From an uncultured Acidobacteriota bacterium (GTDB taxonomy: Bacteria; Acidobacteriota; Polarisedimenticolia; J045): a DNA stretch of 64,000 nt. Below, piece after piece: positions 41,028 to 49,672 of the stretch. The DNA lies in NCBI GenBank assembly GCA_963702425.1, contig CAVPCQ010000003.1, positions 32,001 to 96,000 on the forward strand. The letters are read 5' to 3'. Each line of letters begins with the position of its first letter. Positions within the stretch are counted from its first letter, which is position 1. A program made the position numbers and the translations under genes. The notes below the pieces were generated by a model that saw only the letters and a list, made by a program, of their open reading frames with translations, was not told the origin of the DNA and made no database searches.

Positions 41028-42068
41028 GTGTTCATCGACGAAGTCAGGCTCGCCCTCGCCGGCGGTCACGGTGGCCGGGGGTCGGTAGCGTTCCGCCGCG
41101 AAAAGTTCGTCCCGCGCGGCGGCCCCTCGGGCGGTGACGGCGGCGCCGGCGGCTCGATCTGGCTGGTCGCCGACCCGGCCCAGAACACCCTGCTCCGCTA
41201 CCGCTACGAGAAGGAGTTCACCGCGCCGCGCGGCCGGCACGGCGAGGGCTCCCTGAAGACCGGCAAGTCGGGCGACGACATCGTCCTGCCGGTGCCGCTC
41301 GGGACGCAGGTCCTCGACACCGACGGCGTGCTGCTGCTGGCCGACCTGGTCGAGCCGGGGCAGCGTTGGCGCGCGGCGAAGGGGGGCCGCGGCGGCAAGG
41401 GGAACGCCCACTTCGCGACCGCCACGCGCCAGGCGCCGCGCTTTGCGCAGCCGGGCGAGGCGGGCGAAGAGCGCGTGCTGAAGCTGATCCTGAAGCTGCT
41501 CGCCGACATCGGTTTCGTCGGCTTCCCCAACGCCGGCAAGAGCACGCTGATCTCGCGCATCTCGGCCGCCAAGCCCGAGATCGCCGACTACCCGTTCACG
41601 ACGCTGGTCCCGCACCTCGGCGTCGTCGACGCCGGAGATCACTCGTCGTTCGTCGTCGCCGACCTGCCCGGCCTGATCGAGGGGGCGCACGCCGGCAAGG
41701 GGTTGGGCGACCGCTTCCTCAAGCACGTCGAGCGCTGCCGCGCGCTGGCCTTCCTGATCGACGTCTCCTCGGCGTCGCTGCGCGAACCCGTCGAGGACCT
41801 CACGATCCTGGAGCGCGAGCTGGTGCTCTACAGCCCGGGACTGGCGGCGCGGCCGCGCGTCGTCGTCGCCACCAAGCTCGACGCGCTGGACGAGCCGGAG
41901 CGGCTGGAACGGCTGCGCGCGGCAGCAGCCGAGCGCGGCGTGGGCTTCCTGCCGATTTCCGCCGCGACCGGCCGGGGGCTCCCCGACCTGGTGCGCAGCT
42001 TCGCCACGCTGGCGCGTGCGCCGCGGCCCGAAGCGGCCGCGATCGCGCTGCCGGAGCACGACGCGTGA
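41028..42068 (+). CDS. obgE: GTPase ObgE/CgtA
   Basis: FRREKFVPRGGPSGGDGG, GFPNAGKST, YPFTT, DLPGLIEGA, TKLD. Confidence 0.97.
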   Translation: MFIDEVRLALAGGHGGRGSVAFRREKFVPRGGPSGGDGGAGGSIWLVADPAQNTLLRYRYEKEFTAPRGRHGEGSLKTGKSGDDIVLPVPLGTQVLDTDGVLLLADLVEPGQRWRAAKGGRGGKGNAHFATATRQAPRFAQPGEAGEERVLKLILKLLADIGFVGFPNAGKSTLISRISAAKPEIADYPFTTLVPHLGVVDAGDHSSFVVADLPGLIEGAHAGKGLGDRFLKHVERCRALAFLIDVSSASLREPVEDLTILERELVLYSPGLAARPRVVVATKLDALDEPERLERLRAAAAERGVGFLPISAATGRGLPDLVRSFATLARAPRPEAAAIALPEHDA

Positions 42069-42697
42069 GGGTCGGCGTCTACGGCGGGACCTTCGACCCG
42101 CCGCACCGCGGGCACCTCGCGGTGGCTTGCGCGGCGCGCGACGGCCTCGCGCTCGACCGCGTCGAGCTGGTCCCGTCGCACACGCCGCCGCACCGCCGGC
42201 CGACCGCAGCCTCACCGCTCGACCGCCTGGCGATGGTCGCGCTGGCGACCGCCGGCGAGCGCGGCCTCGTCCCCTCGCCGCGCGAGATCCGCCGCGGCAG
42301 CGTGTCGTATACGGTCGAGACGCTGCGCGAGATCCGGGGCGAGCAGGCCGACGCCGAGCTGTTCCTGGTGCTCGGCGCCGATGCCTACGACGAGCTGCCG
42401 ACCTGGAGCCGGGCCGACGAGATCCAGCGGCTGGCGCACCTGGCGGTGCTGCCGCGGCCGGGCAGCGCCGGCGTCTCCGCGGTCCGGCCCGACGACGGGC
42501 CGCGCCTGCGCCGGCCGGGCGAGGCCCCGCCGGCGGGCGGCCTCGCGCTGTACCGCGTCGAGATGGAGCCGATGGCGATCTCGTCGCGCGAGATCCGCCG
42601 GCGCGTCCAGGACGGCGCGCCGGTCGAGGCCCTCGTCACACCGGCCGTCCTGGGGTATATCGGGCGGCGCGGGCTGTACCGGTCAGGAGGAGCATGA
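42065..42697 (+). CDS. nadD: Nicotinate-nucleotide adenylyltransferase
   Basis: GGTFDPPHRGH, SYTVETL, LGAD, ISSREIR. Confidence 0.95.
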   Translation: MRVGVYGGTFDPPHRGHLAVACAARDGLALDRVELVPSHTPPHRRPTAASPLDRLAMVALATAGERGLVPSPREIRRGSVSYTVETLREIRGEQADAELFLVLGADAYDELPTWSRADEIQRLAHLAVLPRPGSAGVSAVRPDDGPRLRRPGEAPPAGGLALYRVEMEPMAISSREIRRRVQDGAPVEALVTPAVLGYIGRRGLYRSGGA

Positions 42698-43086
42698 CGA
42701 CCAGCGCGGGGAACGCGGGGAACCAGGGCAACGCAGGCGAGGAGAAACTGCTCGGCGCGGCCGTGCGCGCGCTGCTGAGCCGCAAGGCGGAACGCCCGGT
42801 CGTGCTCGACCTGCGCGGGCACGAGGCCTTCACCGAGTACTTCGTGATCTGCCACGGGACCTCAGATCGGCAGGTCAAGTCGCTGGCCGACGCGGTCGAG
42901 GACCAGGTGCGCGAGGAGACCGGCCGCAAGCCGTCGAGCGAAGGCTACGCGCGGGGCGAGTGGATCCTGCTCGACTACGGCGAGCTGGTCGTGCACCTCT
43001 TCCTCGAGGACGCGCGGGAGTTCTACCGCCTCGAGGGGCTGTGGGGCGACTGCCCGCAGATCGACGTCGCGTCGTTCGGGGAGTAG
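42694..43086 (+). CDS. rsfS: Ribosome silencing factor
   Basis: FVICHGTSDRQV, WILLDYG, FYRLEGLW; AGGAGG RBS. Confidence 0.95.
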   Translation: MTTSAGNAGNQGNAGEEKLLGAAVRALLSRKAERPVVLDLRGHEAFTEYFVICHGTSDRQVKSLADAVEDQVREETGRKPSSEGYARGEWILLDYGELVVHLFLEDAREFYRLEGLWGDCPQIDVASFGE

Positions 43087-43146
43087 GGGTGGCGGCGCCT
43101 GGACGGGGCGACGACCGCCGCGGTAACTTGGCTTGGGGAGGATGAC

Positions 43147-43470
43147 GTGGCCGGACCGAGCCGCCCTTCCGCGCGCGTGAGGATCGCGTTCGATCGCGAG
43201 GCCCTCGTGCGATTCTGCCTGCAGCGCGCCATCCGGCGGCTGGGGTTCTTCGGCTCCGTGTTGCGGGACGATTTCGACGACCGGAGCGATGTCGACATTC
43301 TGGTCGAGTTCCTCCCCGGCCACACGCCGGGTCTCGCGTTTTTCGAGATGGAGGAGGAACTCTCGCGCCTCCTGGGTCGCCGCGTCGACCTGAATACGCC
43401 GGCCTTCCTCAGCCCGCACTTCCGCGACGACGCACTGCGCGGGGCCGAGATCGTCTATGAGCAGGCGTGA
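43147..43470 (+). CDS. Minimal nucleotidyltransferase (MntA-type antitoxin)
   Basis: FGSVLRDDF...SDVDILVEF (GSX10DXD), LGRRVDL. Confidence 0.9.
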   Translation: MAGPSRPSARVRIAFDREALVRFCLQRAIRRLGFFGSVLRDDFDDRSDVDILVEFLPGHTPGLAFFEMEEELSRLLGRRVDLNTPAFLSPHFRDDALRGAEIVYEQA

Positions 43471-43594
43471 CCCGCGGCTCCGGCTGATCCACGGATACGA
43501 CGCGGTGGACCTCGCGATCGTCTGGCAGATCGTCCAACGTGATCTCGACCCTCTCGTGGCCGATCTCGACAGGCTACTCGCCGAATGGGAGTAG
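43457..43594 (+). pseudogene. Internally deleted HEPN/DUF86 (HepT-type) toxin
   Basis: 45 aa MSRRDPRLRLIHGYDAVDLAIVWQIVQRDLDPL...; N-terminus joined in frame to the RLIHGY motif. Confidence 0.8.
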
Positions 43595-43596
43595 GG

Positions 43597-44067
43597 GTGG
43601 CGGCCGGGGCCGCGCTGGTCGTCGCCGCCGTCGGCCGCACGCGCCGCGGCCCGTATCTCGAGCTGGAGCAGGACTACCTGGCGCGGATCGCGCGCCTCGC
43701 GCCGGTGCGGCGCGTGGCGGTCGCGCAGAGCCGGCGCGCGTCGGCCGCGGAGCGGCGGCGCGAGGAGGCGGGCGCGCTGCTGGCGCTGGCCCCGGCGCGC
43801 GGGACGCTGGTCGCGCTCGACCGGCGCGGGAAGGGCCTCGCGTCGGAGGAACTCGCCGCGCGGCTCGCGCGCTGGCGCGAACGGGGCGAAGTGGTCTTCG
43901 CGGTCGGCGGCCCCGACGGGCTGGACGACGCGGTGCTGGAGGCCGCCGGGTTCACGCTGGCCTTCGGGACGATGACGCTGCCGCACGAGCTGGCGCTGAC
44001 CGTGCTGCTCGAGCAACTCTTTCGCGCACTGTCGGACGCGGCCGGTCACCCCTACGGGAAGCATTAG
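43597..44067 (+). CDS. rlmH: 23S rRNA pseudouridine-1915 N3-methyltransferase
   Basis: LDRRGK, FAVGGPDG, MTLPHELA, LLEQLFRA, GHPY. Confidence 0.92.
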   Translation: MAAGAALVVAAVGRTRRGPYLELEQDYLARIARLAPVRRVAVAQSRRASAAERRREEAGALLALAPARGTLVALDRRGKGLASEELAARLARWRERGEVVFAVGGPDGLDDAVLEAAGFTLAFGTMTLPHELALTVLLEQLFRALSDAAGHPYGKH

Positions 44068-44220
44068 CGGGCGAGAGGCGCCGCGCTCGGCGCCGCGTCC
44101 GTAGGCGCCGGCCTCCGTGCCGGCCCGCTTTCGCGTTCGGGCCAGACCGGGCCGGCACGGAGGCCGGCCCCTACAGGCGTGCCACGTGCATCCAGCGGGT
44201 GCACAGAGTCGGTGCGAGCG

Positions 44221-44769
44221 TCAGGGCAGGCAGGCGATCCGGCGGCCGCGCTGCTCGAGGAAGCGCTTGACGTTGTCGCGCAGGCGGTGCTGGTCGGCCT
44301 CGCTCATCCACGGGTTGGCGAGGTGCTCGACGACGTCCTCCGGCGTCATGCCGAGGCGGCAGCCTTCCTCGACCGCGACCGCGTACCCCTCGATCTCGGT
44401 CCAGCGATCGACGTAGGCGGAGCCGCGGTCCCACAGGTCGGCCCCCTCGAGGTGCTGCCGGACGTGGGTCAGCTCGTGCAGCAGGTCGAGGTAAAGGTCG
44501 AGATCGCTGCCGGTGCGGTAGTACTCGTGCGTGACGACGATGCACGGCACGTCGTCGTCGACCCAGCAGTAGCCGTCCTCCTCGGCGATTTCGACCCGGG
44601 ACGTGCGGAGCAGCAGCTCGGCCGGGTGGGCCGACGATCCGATCCGGGCCAGCGCCGGGCTCTCCGCGGCGCGGGGCAGGAGGTCGAGATAGGCGTGCAT
44701 GCCGGGGCCCAGCGTCCGGTGGACGAGCGCGTAGGACGGGAGCTGGATCGCCTTCGCCACGGTCGGCAT
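44221..44769 (-). CDS. Hypothetical zincin-like protein (HExxH)
   Basis: LLHELTHVRQ motif and downstream EIEGY. Confidence 0.6.
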   Translation of the reverse strand: MPTVAKAIQLPSYALVHRTLGPGMHAYLDLLPRAAESPALARIGSSAHPAELLLRTSRVEIAEEDGYCWVDDDVPCIVVTHEYYRTGSDLDLYLDLLHELTHVRQHLEGADLWDRGSAYVDRWTEIEGYAVAVEEGCRLGMTPEDVVEHLANPWMSEADQHRLRDNVKRFLEQRGRRIACLP

Positions 44770-44908
44770 CCTCGTCGCGGGGAGCCGGAAGCCTAGCCGA
44801 TCCGGTCCCGGCGCGCCGCCGCCGCGGACCCGCCTCCGGCGACGCCGCAGCCGACCGCCGCGAACCCGCGCCCGCGCCGCTCTCCGGGCATACAATGCCG
44901 GCTCGTCG

Positions 44909-45847
44909 ATGCGCCCTTCCCGCCCCCCATCGCTCCCCGCGTTCGCCGCTGCTGCTGCCGTCGCCGCGCTTCTCGTCGCCGGCTGCGGGTCCGCGCGGCG
45001 CGAGCTCCCTGCGCTGCCCCTCCCGCCGGCTCCCCCCACCGTCGAGGTCGCCCCGCGGATCGGCCTCGCGCTCGGCGGCGGCGGGGCGCGCGGGTTCGCC
45101 GAGGTCGGCGTGCTCCGCGTGCTGGCCGAGGAGCGGATCCCGGTCTCGATCATCGCCGGGACCTCGGTCGGCGCGCTGATCGGCGCGCTCTACGCCGACA
45201 AGCCGACCGTGTTCGACATCGAGTACGAGGCGCTGGCGATCGAGGAGTCCGACCTGCTCGACCGTTCGCTGCTCTCGCTGATCTCGGGCGGCGGCTACGC
45301 CAAGGGGGAGCGGATCGAGTCCTACCTCGACACCCGCCTGGCGCACGCCGCGATCGAGGACCTGCCGCTGCGCTTCGCCGCGATCGCGACGGATCTGCAC
45401 AGCGGCGCGACGGTCGCCTTCGAGCGCGGACCGGTCGCGCGGGCGGTGCGCGCGTCGGCCGCGATCCCGGGGATCTTCGCGCCGGTCGAGATCGACGGGC
45501 AGCTCTACGTCGACGGCGGCGTGAGCAACCCGGTGCCGGCCGACGTCGCGCGGCGGATGGGGGCCGAGGTCGTGATCGCGGTCTCGATCCCGCGCGAGAT
45601 CCCCGCGAAGGCGCCGCGGACGCAGGTCGGGATCGCGATGCAGGCGATCGGGATCATGGCCGCCGAAATCAGCCGCTGCCGCGAGCGCGAGGCCGACGTC
45701 GTCCTCAGCCCCGAAGTCGGCGACGTCGCGTTCGACGACTTCTCCCAGAAACGGCGGCTGATCGAGGCCGGCATGGCCGCGACCCGGGCCGCGTTGCCGG
45801 AGATCCGCCGCGCGATCGCGGCCAAGACGAAGAGGGTTCCCCAGTGA
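44909..45847 (+). CDS. Patatin-like phospholipase lipoprotein
   Basis: Lipobox VAGC; GGGGARG, GTSVG, DGG. Confidence 0.9.
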   Translation: MRPSRPPSLPAFAAAAAVAALLVAGCGSARRELPALPLPPAPPTVEVAPRIGLALGGGGARGFAEVGVLRVLAEERIPVSIIAGTSVGALIGALYADKPTVFDIEYEALAIEESDLLDRSLLSLISGGGYAKGERIESYLDTRLAHAAIEDLPLRFAAIATDLHSGATVAFERGPVARAVRASAAIPGIFAPVEIDGQLYVDGGVSNPVPADVARRMGAEVVIAVSIPREIPAKAPRTQVGIAMQAIGIMAAEISRCREREADVVLSPEVGDVAFDDFSQKRRLIEAGMAATRAALPEIRRAIAAKTKRVPQ

Positions 45848-46386
45848 CCGACCAGAGCGAGCCGAAGGCGGGCCGGCGCGGTGCCCCGCTCCACCGGATC
45901 GAGCCGAAGGAGTGGTCGACGCGGCCGTTCCACGTGCTCAACGAGCAGTGGGCGCTGCTGGTCGGCGGGGAGCATCGTCCCAACCCGATGACGATCAGCT
46001 GGGGCGGCTTCGGAACCCTCTGGGAGCTACCGGTGGTGACCGTCTTCGTCCGGCCGGTGCGCCACACCTACGGGCTGCTCAACGAGAGCCCCTTCTTCAC
46101 CGTCAACTTCATGCCCGAGCCGTTCCACCGGGCGCTCGAGATCTGCGGCGAGGTCTCCGGCCGGGACGTCGACAAGTGGGCGGCGACCGGGATCCACCCG
46201 CTCGCCGGCGGGGTCGTCCCCGTGCCGCGGGTGGCCGAAGCGCGGACGGCGATCGAGTGCCGGGTCCTGGCCCACCTCGAGATCGACCCGGCGCGCTTTC
46301 TCGACCCGGCGATCGACCGGCACTACCCCGCGGCCGACTACCACCGGGCCTTCATCGGCGAGGTGCTGGCGGTCTGGGTCCGCTGA
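45844..46386 (+). CDS. Flavin reductase family protein
   Basis: NPMTISWG, VRPVRHTY, SGRDVDK, HRAFIGEV. Confidence 0.85.
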   Translation: MTDQSEPKAGRRGAPLHRIEPKEWSTRPFHVLNEQWALLVGGEHRPNPMTISWGGFGTLWELPVVTVFVRPVRHTYGLLNESPFFTVNFMPEPFHRALEICGEVSGRDVDKWAATGIHPLAGGVVPVPRVAEARTAIECRVLAHLEIDPARFLDPAIDRHYPAADYHRAFIGEVLAVWVR

Positions 46387-46469
46387 CGGGACGCCGCTCC
46401 CGGCCGCGGGACGCAACCCCGGCGCGTTGCTTGACCGCGTTGCAGCCGGGGGCTTAGTCTCGCCGCGCG

Positions 46470-47844
46470 ATGCGCTTTCGGACGTTCGTTTCGGTGCTCG
46501 TCCTGCTCGGCCTGGCGGCGGGGGTGGTCTTCCTCCTGCGTCCCAACCGCGTCGTGCTCGAACAGCCCGTCGACGATCCTGGGACGGTCGATCCCGGTCT
46601 GGGGGCTGGTGCTCGGCGCGCTGGCGCTGGGGATCCTGATCACGCTCTCGTTCCTCGTCTCGGGGCTGGGCCGCAAGGCAGTGGAGCGCGCCTTCTTCCT
46701 CTACAGCTCGCGCCACCGCCAGGCCGCCGGGCGGGCCCTCGAGCGCGGCAAGCAGGCCGAGCTGGACGAGCGGGAGGAGGACGCGATCGCCGCCTTCCGG
46801 GAGGCCGCCGACAAGGCACCCGACGACTACGACGCCCACATGCGGCTCGGCAACGTGCTGCGCCGGGCGGGGCGCCACTCCGAGGCCGTGCTGGCGCACG
46901 ATCGGGCGCGACGCCTCGAGCCCGACGCCGACGAGCCGCTGCACGCGTTGGCGCTCGACCAGCTGGCGGCGGGAAACACGGCGGACGCGCGCCGCACGCT
47001 GACCCGCCTGGTGGACCGCAATCCGCGCAGTGCGGTCGGGCCGCTGCGTCGGCTGCGGGACCTCGAGATTCGCGCCGGCAACTGGAGCGCGGCGTCGCGC
47101 GCGCAGCGCCGGCTCGAATCGCTGTTCTCGCGCACGCGGCAGCTTCCCGAGAACGACCGCCGCCAGGGCCTGGGGATCCGCACCGAGCTGGCGCGCGCCC
47201 GCGCGCTGGCCGGGCAGTCGCGCTCGTCGCTCGCGCTGCTGCGTCGCGTGCTGCGCGACGAGGCGACCTTCCTGCCGGCACGGGTGCTGCTGGCCGAGCT
47301 GCAGGCCGAATCGGGCGAGCACGATGAGGCCAAGGAGCTGCTGCAGGAGGGGTTCCTGCTGACCGGAGAGCCCGCGCTGCTCGAGGCGCTCGGCGAGCTG
47401 GACCTCGAGCGGGAGCGGCCGGACGACGCGATCTCGACCCTGCGCGGGATCGTCGCCTCGCGGCGCTGGCCCGCGGCCGCGCGGCTGGCGCTCGGCCAGC
47501 TCTACTCGCGGCTGGAGATGCTCGACGAGGCCGCCGTACCGTTCGAGGACCTGCTCGACACCCAGGGCGAGACGCCCTACGTGCAGTCCCTGCTGGCCCA
47601 GGTCGAAGAGCGCCGCGGCAACATCCACCGCGCGGCGCACCTCTACCGCTCGGTGCTGCAGGGGGGCGGCCGCGGCGTGCCGGCGGCTTTCTGCCGCGAG
47701 TGCCTGGCGGAGCTGCCGCACTGGGTCCCGCTCTGCCCGCAGTGCGGCGCGTTCGGCGCCGCCACCACGCGCACCTCGCCGGACGAGATCACCCTCACCG
47801 GCCGGATCGCGAGCGCCCCGGTCTATCCTTCCAGCGAGATATGA
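46470..47844 (+). CDS. LapB-like TPR protein with N-terminal TM (LapA-like) region and C-terminal rubredoxin motif (frameshift near 46590)
   Basis: Two TMs, TPR repeats, CREC...W...CPQC. Confidence 0.75.
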
Positions 47845-48602
47845 GCCCCGGCCTGGGCTGGATCGCGAAGGCGCTCGACGAGCTGGCTCCGGCGCTGGCG
47901 CTGTTCTGGCCCGGCCCCTGCTTCGCCTGCGGCGCCGACCTGCCGCTGGCGGCGGAAGCGGGGGCCTGTCCGGGCTGCTGGGCCGCGATGCCGCGCCGCG
48001 TGGGGCCGGGATGCCCGGTCTGCGACCTCCCCGGCGCGTCGATCGCCTCCCCGCTCGACTGCCCCGACTGCGACGCGGCGCGGGCTGCCGCGCTCGACGG
48101 TGCGGGCTCGCTGGCCGGCTTGGTCGCCGCGTTCGAGTACCGCGACGCGGTCGTGGCGTTCCACCGACGCTTCAAGTTCGGCGGCGACGCGGCCCTGGCG
48201 CGCCCGCTGGGCCGCGCGATGGCGGCCGCGTGGGCGGCGCGCGGCGACGGGCGCCCTCAGCTCGTCGTCCCGGTGCCGCCGGACCCGCTGCGCTGGTCGG
48301 TGCGGCGGCGCGCGCCGCGGCGGCTGGCGCGTGCCGTGGCGCGGGCCCTCGCGCTCCCGGTCGCGCCGGGGGCGCTGACCAAGCGCCGCCCGACGCGGGC
48401 GCAGACCGCGGCGGTGGGTGCGGCGCGGCGGACGGCACTCGCCGGCGCCTTCGCCGCGCGGGAGCCGCTGGTCCGCGGGCGCTTCGTGCTGGTCGTGGAC
48501 GACGTGGCAACGACCGGTTCGACCCTGCGCGAGGCGGCCCGCGCGCTGGCGGCGGCGGGCGCCGAGCGGGTCGTCGGTCTGGTGCTGGCGCGGCGGCCTT
48601 GA
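47841..48602 (+). CDS. ComF family double zinc ribbon/phosphoribosyltransferase-like protein
   Basis: Four CxxC pairs; VVDDVATTGSTL. Confidence 0.85.
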   Translation: MSPGLGWIAKALDELAPALALFWPGPCFACGADLPLAAEAGACPGCWAAMPRRVGPGCPVCDLPGASIASPLDCPDCDAARAAALDGAGSLAGLVAAFEYRDAVVAFHRRFKFGGDAALARPLGRAMAAAWAARGDGRPQLVVPVPPDPLRWSVRRRAPRRLARAVARALALPVAPGALTKRRPTRAQTAAVGAARRTALAGAFAAREPLVRGRFVLVVDDVATTGSTLREAARALAAAGAERVVGLVLARRP

Positions 48603-48706
48603 GGCGGCCCCCCCGCCGCGGCGGCCCTGAGGCGGCCCTCGCCATGGCGCCCCCCCGGTCGCGAGGCTAGGATCGCCGCCGTTTCTCCCCTCGAGGAATC
48701 GCCCCC

Positions 48707-49672
48707 ATGACCCGCACCCCGCCCCTTCGCTCCCGCCGGCTCGGCCTCGCCCTCGTCCCCGCCGCGCTCGCCGCCGCGAGCCTGGCCGCCGCCATCGCGG
48801 CCGCTCCCCCGGCCGCCGCGCCGCCCCAGGCCGCGGCGAACATCGCGCTCGACGGGTTCGTCTTCGAGTCGGGCCAGCCGGTCGCCGGCCAGCTCGTCGT
48901 GCGCAACGACGGCGGCGGCTGGCTGAAGGTCGACGACCTCGGCGACATCGCTTCGTCGCTGCGTGTGACGCTGCCCGGAGGCGAGGAGATCAAGCCGACA
49001 CACGCCGACGCGTTCGGCGCGGCCAGGACGAAGGAACTCGGTCCCGGCGGGTTCGTGGGCGTGAAGTTCGATCTGCTCGCGATGTTCCCCCAGCTGACCA
49101 AGGAGGGGAGCTACAAGCTGGCCCTCAGGCGCAGCGGGATGCCGTCGCCGAGCGTCGCGTTCCGCGTCATCCCCGCGTTCGACCCGGCCAAGGCCTACCG
49201 CCTCCTGCTCGGCACGCCCGACGGCGAAGTGACGATCGACCTGGCGCGCGACGCCCCGCAGTCGGTGCGCACGCTGGTGACGCTGGTACGCACCGGCTTC
49301 TACGAGAAGGCGACGATCGGCGCACTCCGCCCGGGTTTCGCCCTCTCGATCGTCTCGGCCCAGCCGAGGGGACCGCGCATCGAGTCGGCGGAGCGGACGA
49401 CCCGCGAGCTCCTGGCGGGCACGGTCGTGCTCGAACCCGGCGTTCCGGACGCCGCGGGGCTACCCACCTACAACGAGCCGGTGCTGCTGGTGCTGCTCGC
49501 GCCGCGGCCGGACTGGCAGGGGCGCGTGACGGCGGTCGGTCAGCTGGCCGGCAGCGACGAGGCGCTCTCGAAACTGATCCAGCGCCCGACCAGCGGCGAA
49601 CGCGGGCTACCGCCGTGGAAGCCGGTCGCCCCGCTCACGCTCGAGTCGGTGCGGGTGGTCGAGAGCCCGTAG
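48707..49672 (+). CDS. Secreted protein with degenerate cyclophilin-like domain
   Basis: Signal peptide; TPDGEVTIDL..DAPQSV...LVRTGFY; TAVGQL. Confidence 0.55.
   Translation: MTRTPPLRSRRLGLALVPAALAAASLAAAIAAAPPAAAPPQAAANIALDGFVFESGQPVAGQLVVRNDGGGWLKVDDLGDIASSLRVTLPGGEEIKPTHADAFGAARTKELGPGGFVGVKFDLLAMFPQLTKEGSYKLALRRSGMPSPSVAFRVIPAFDPAKAYRLLLGTPDGEVTIDLARDAPQSVRTLVTLVRTGFYEKATIGALRPGFALSIVSAQPRGPRIESAERTTRELLAGTVVLEPGVPDAAGLPTYNEPVLLVLLAPRPDWQGRVTAVGQLAGSDEALSKLIQRPTSGERGLPPWKPVAPLTLESVRVVESP

Larger units (their letters stand above)
43079..43604. repeat. 18-bp direct repeat GGGAGTAGGGGTGGCGGC flanking a TA cassette
   Basis: Identical copies at 43079-43096 and 43587-43604. Confidence 0.9.
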
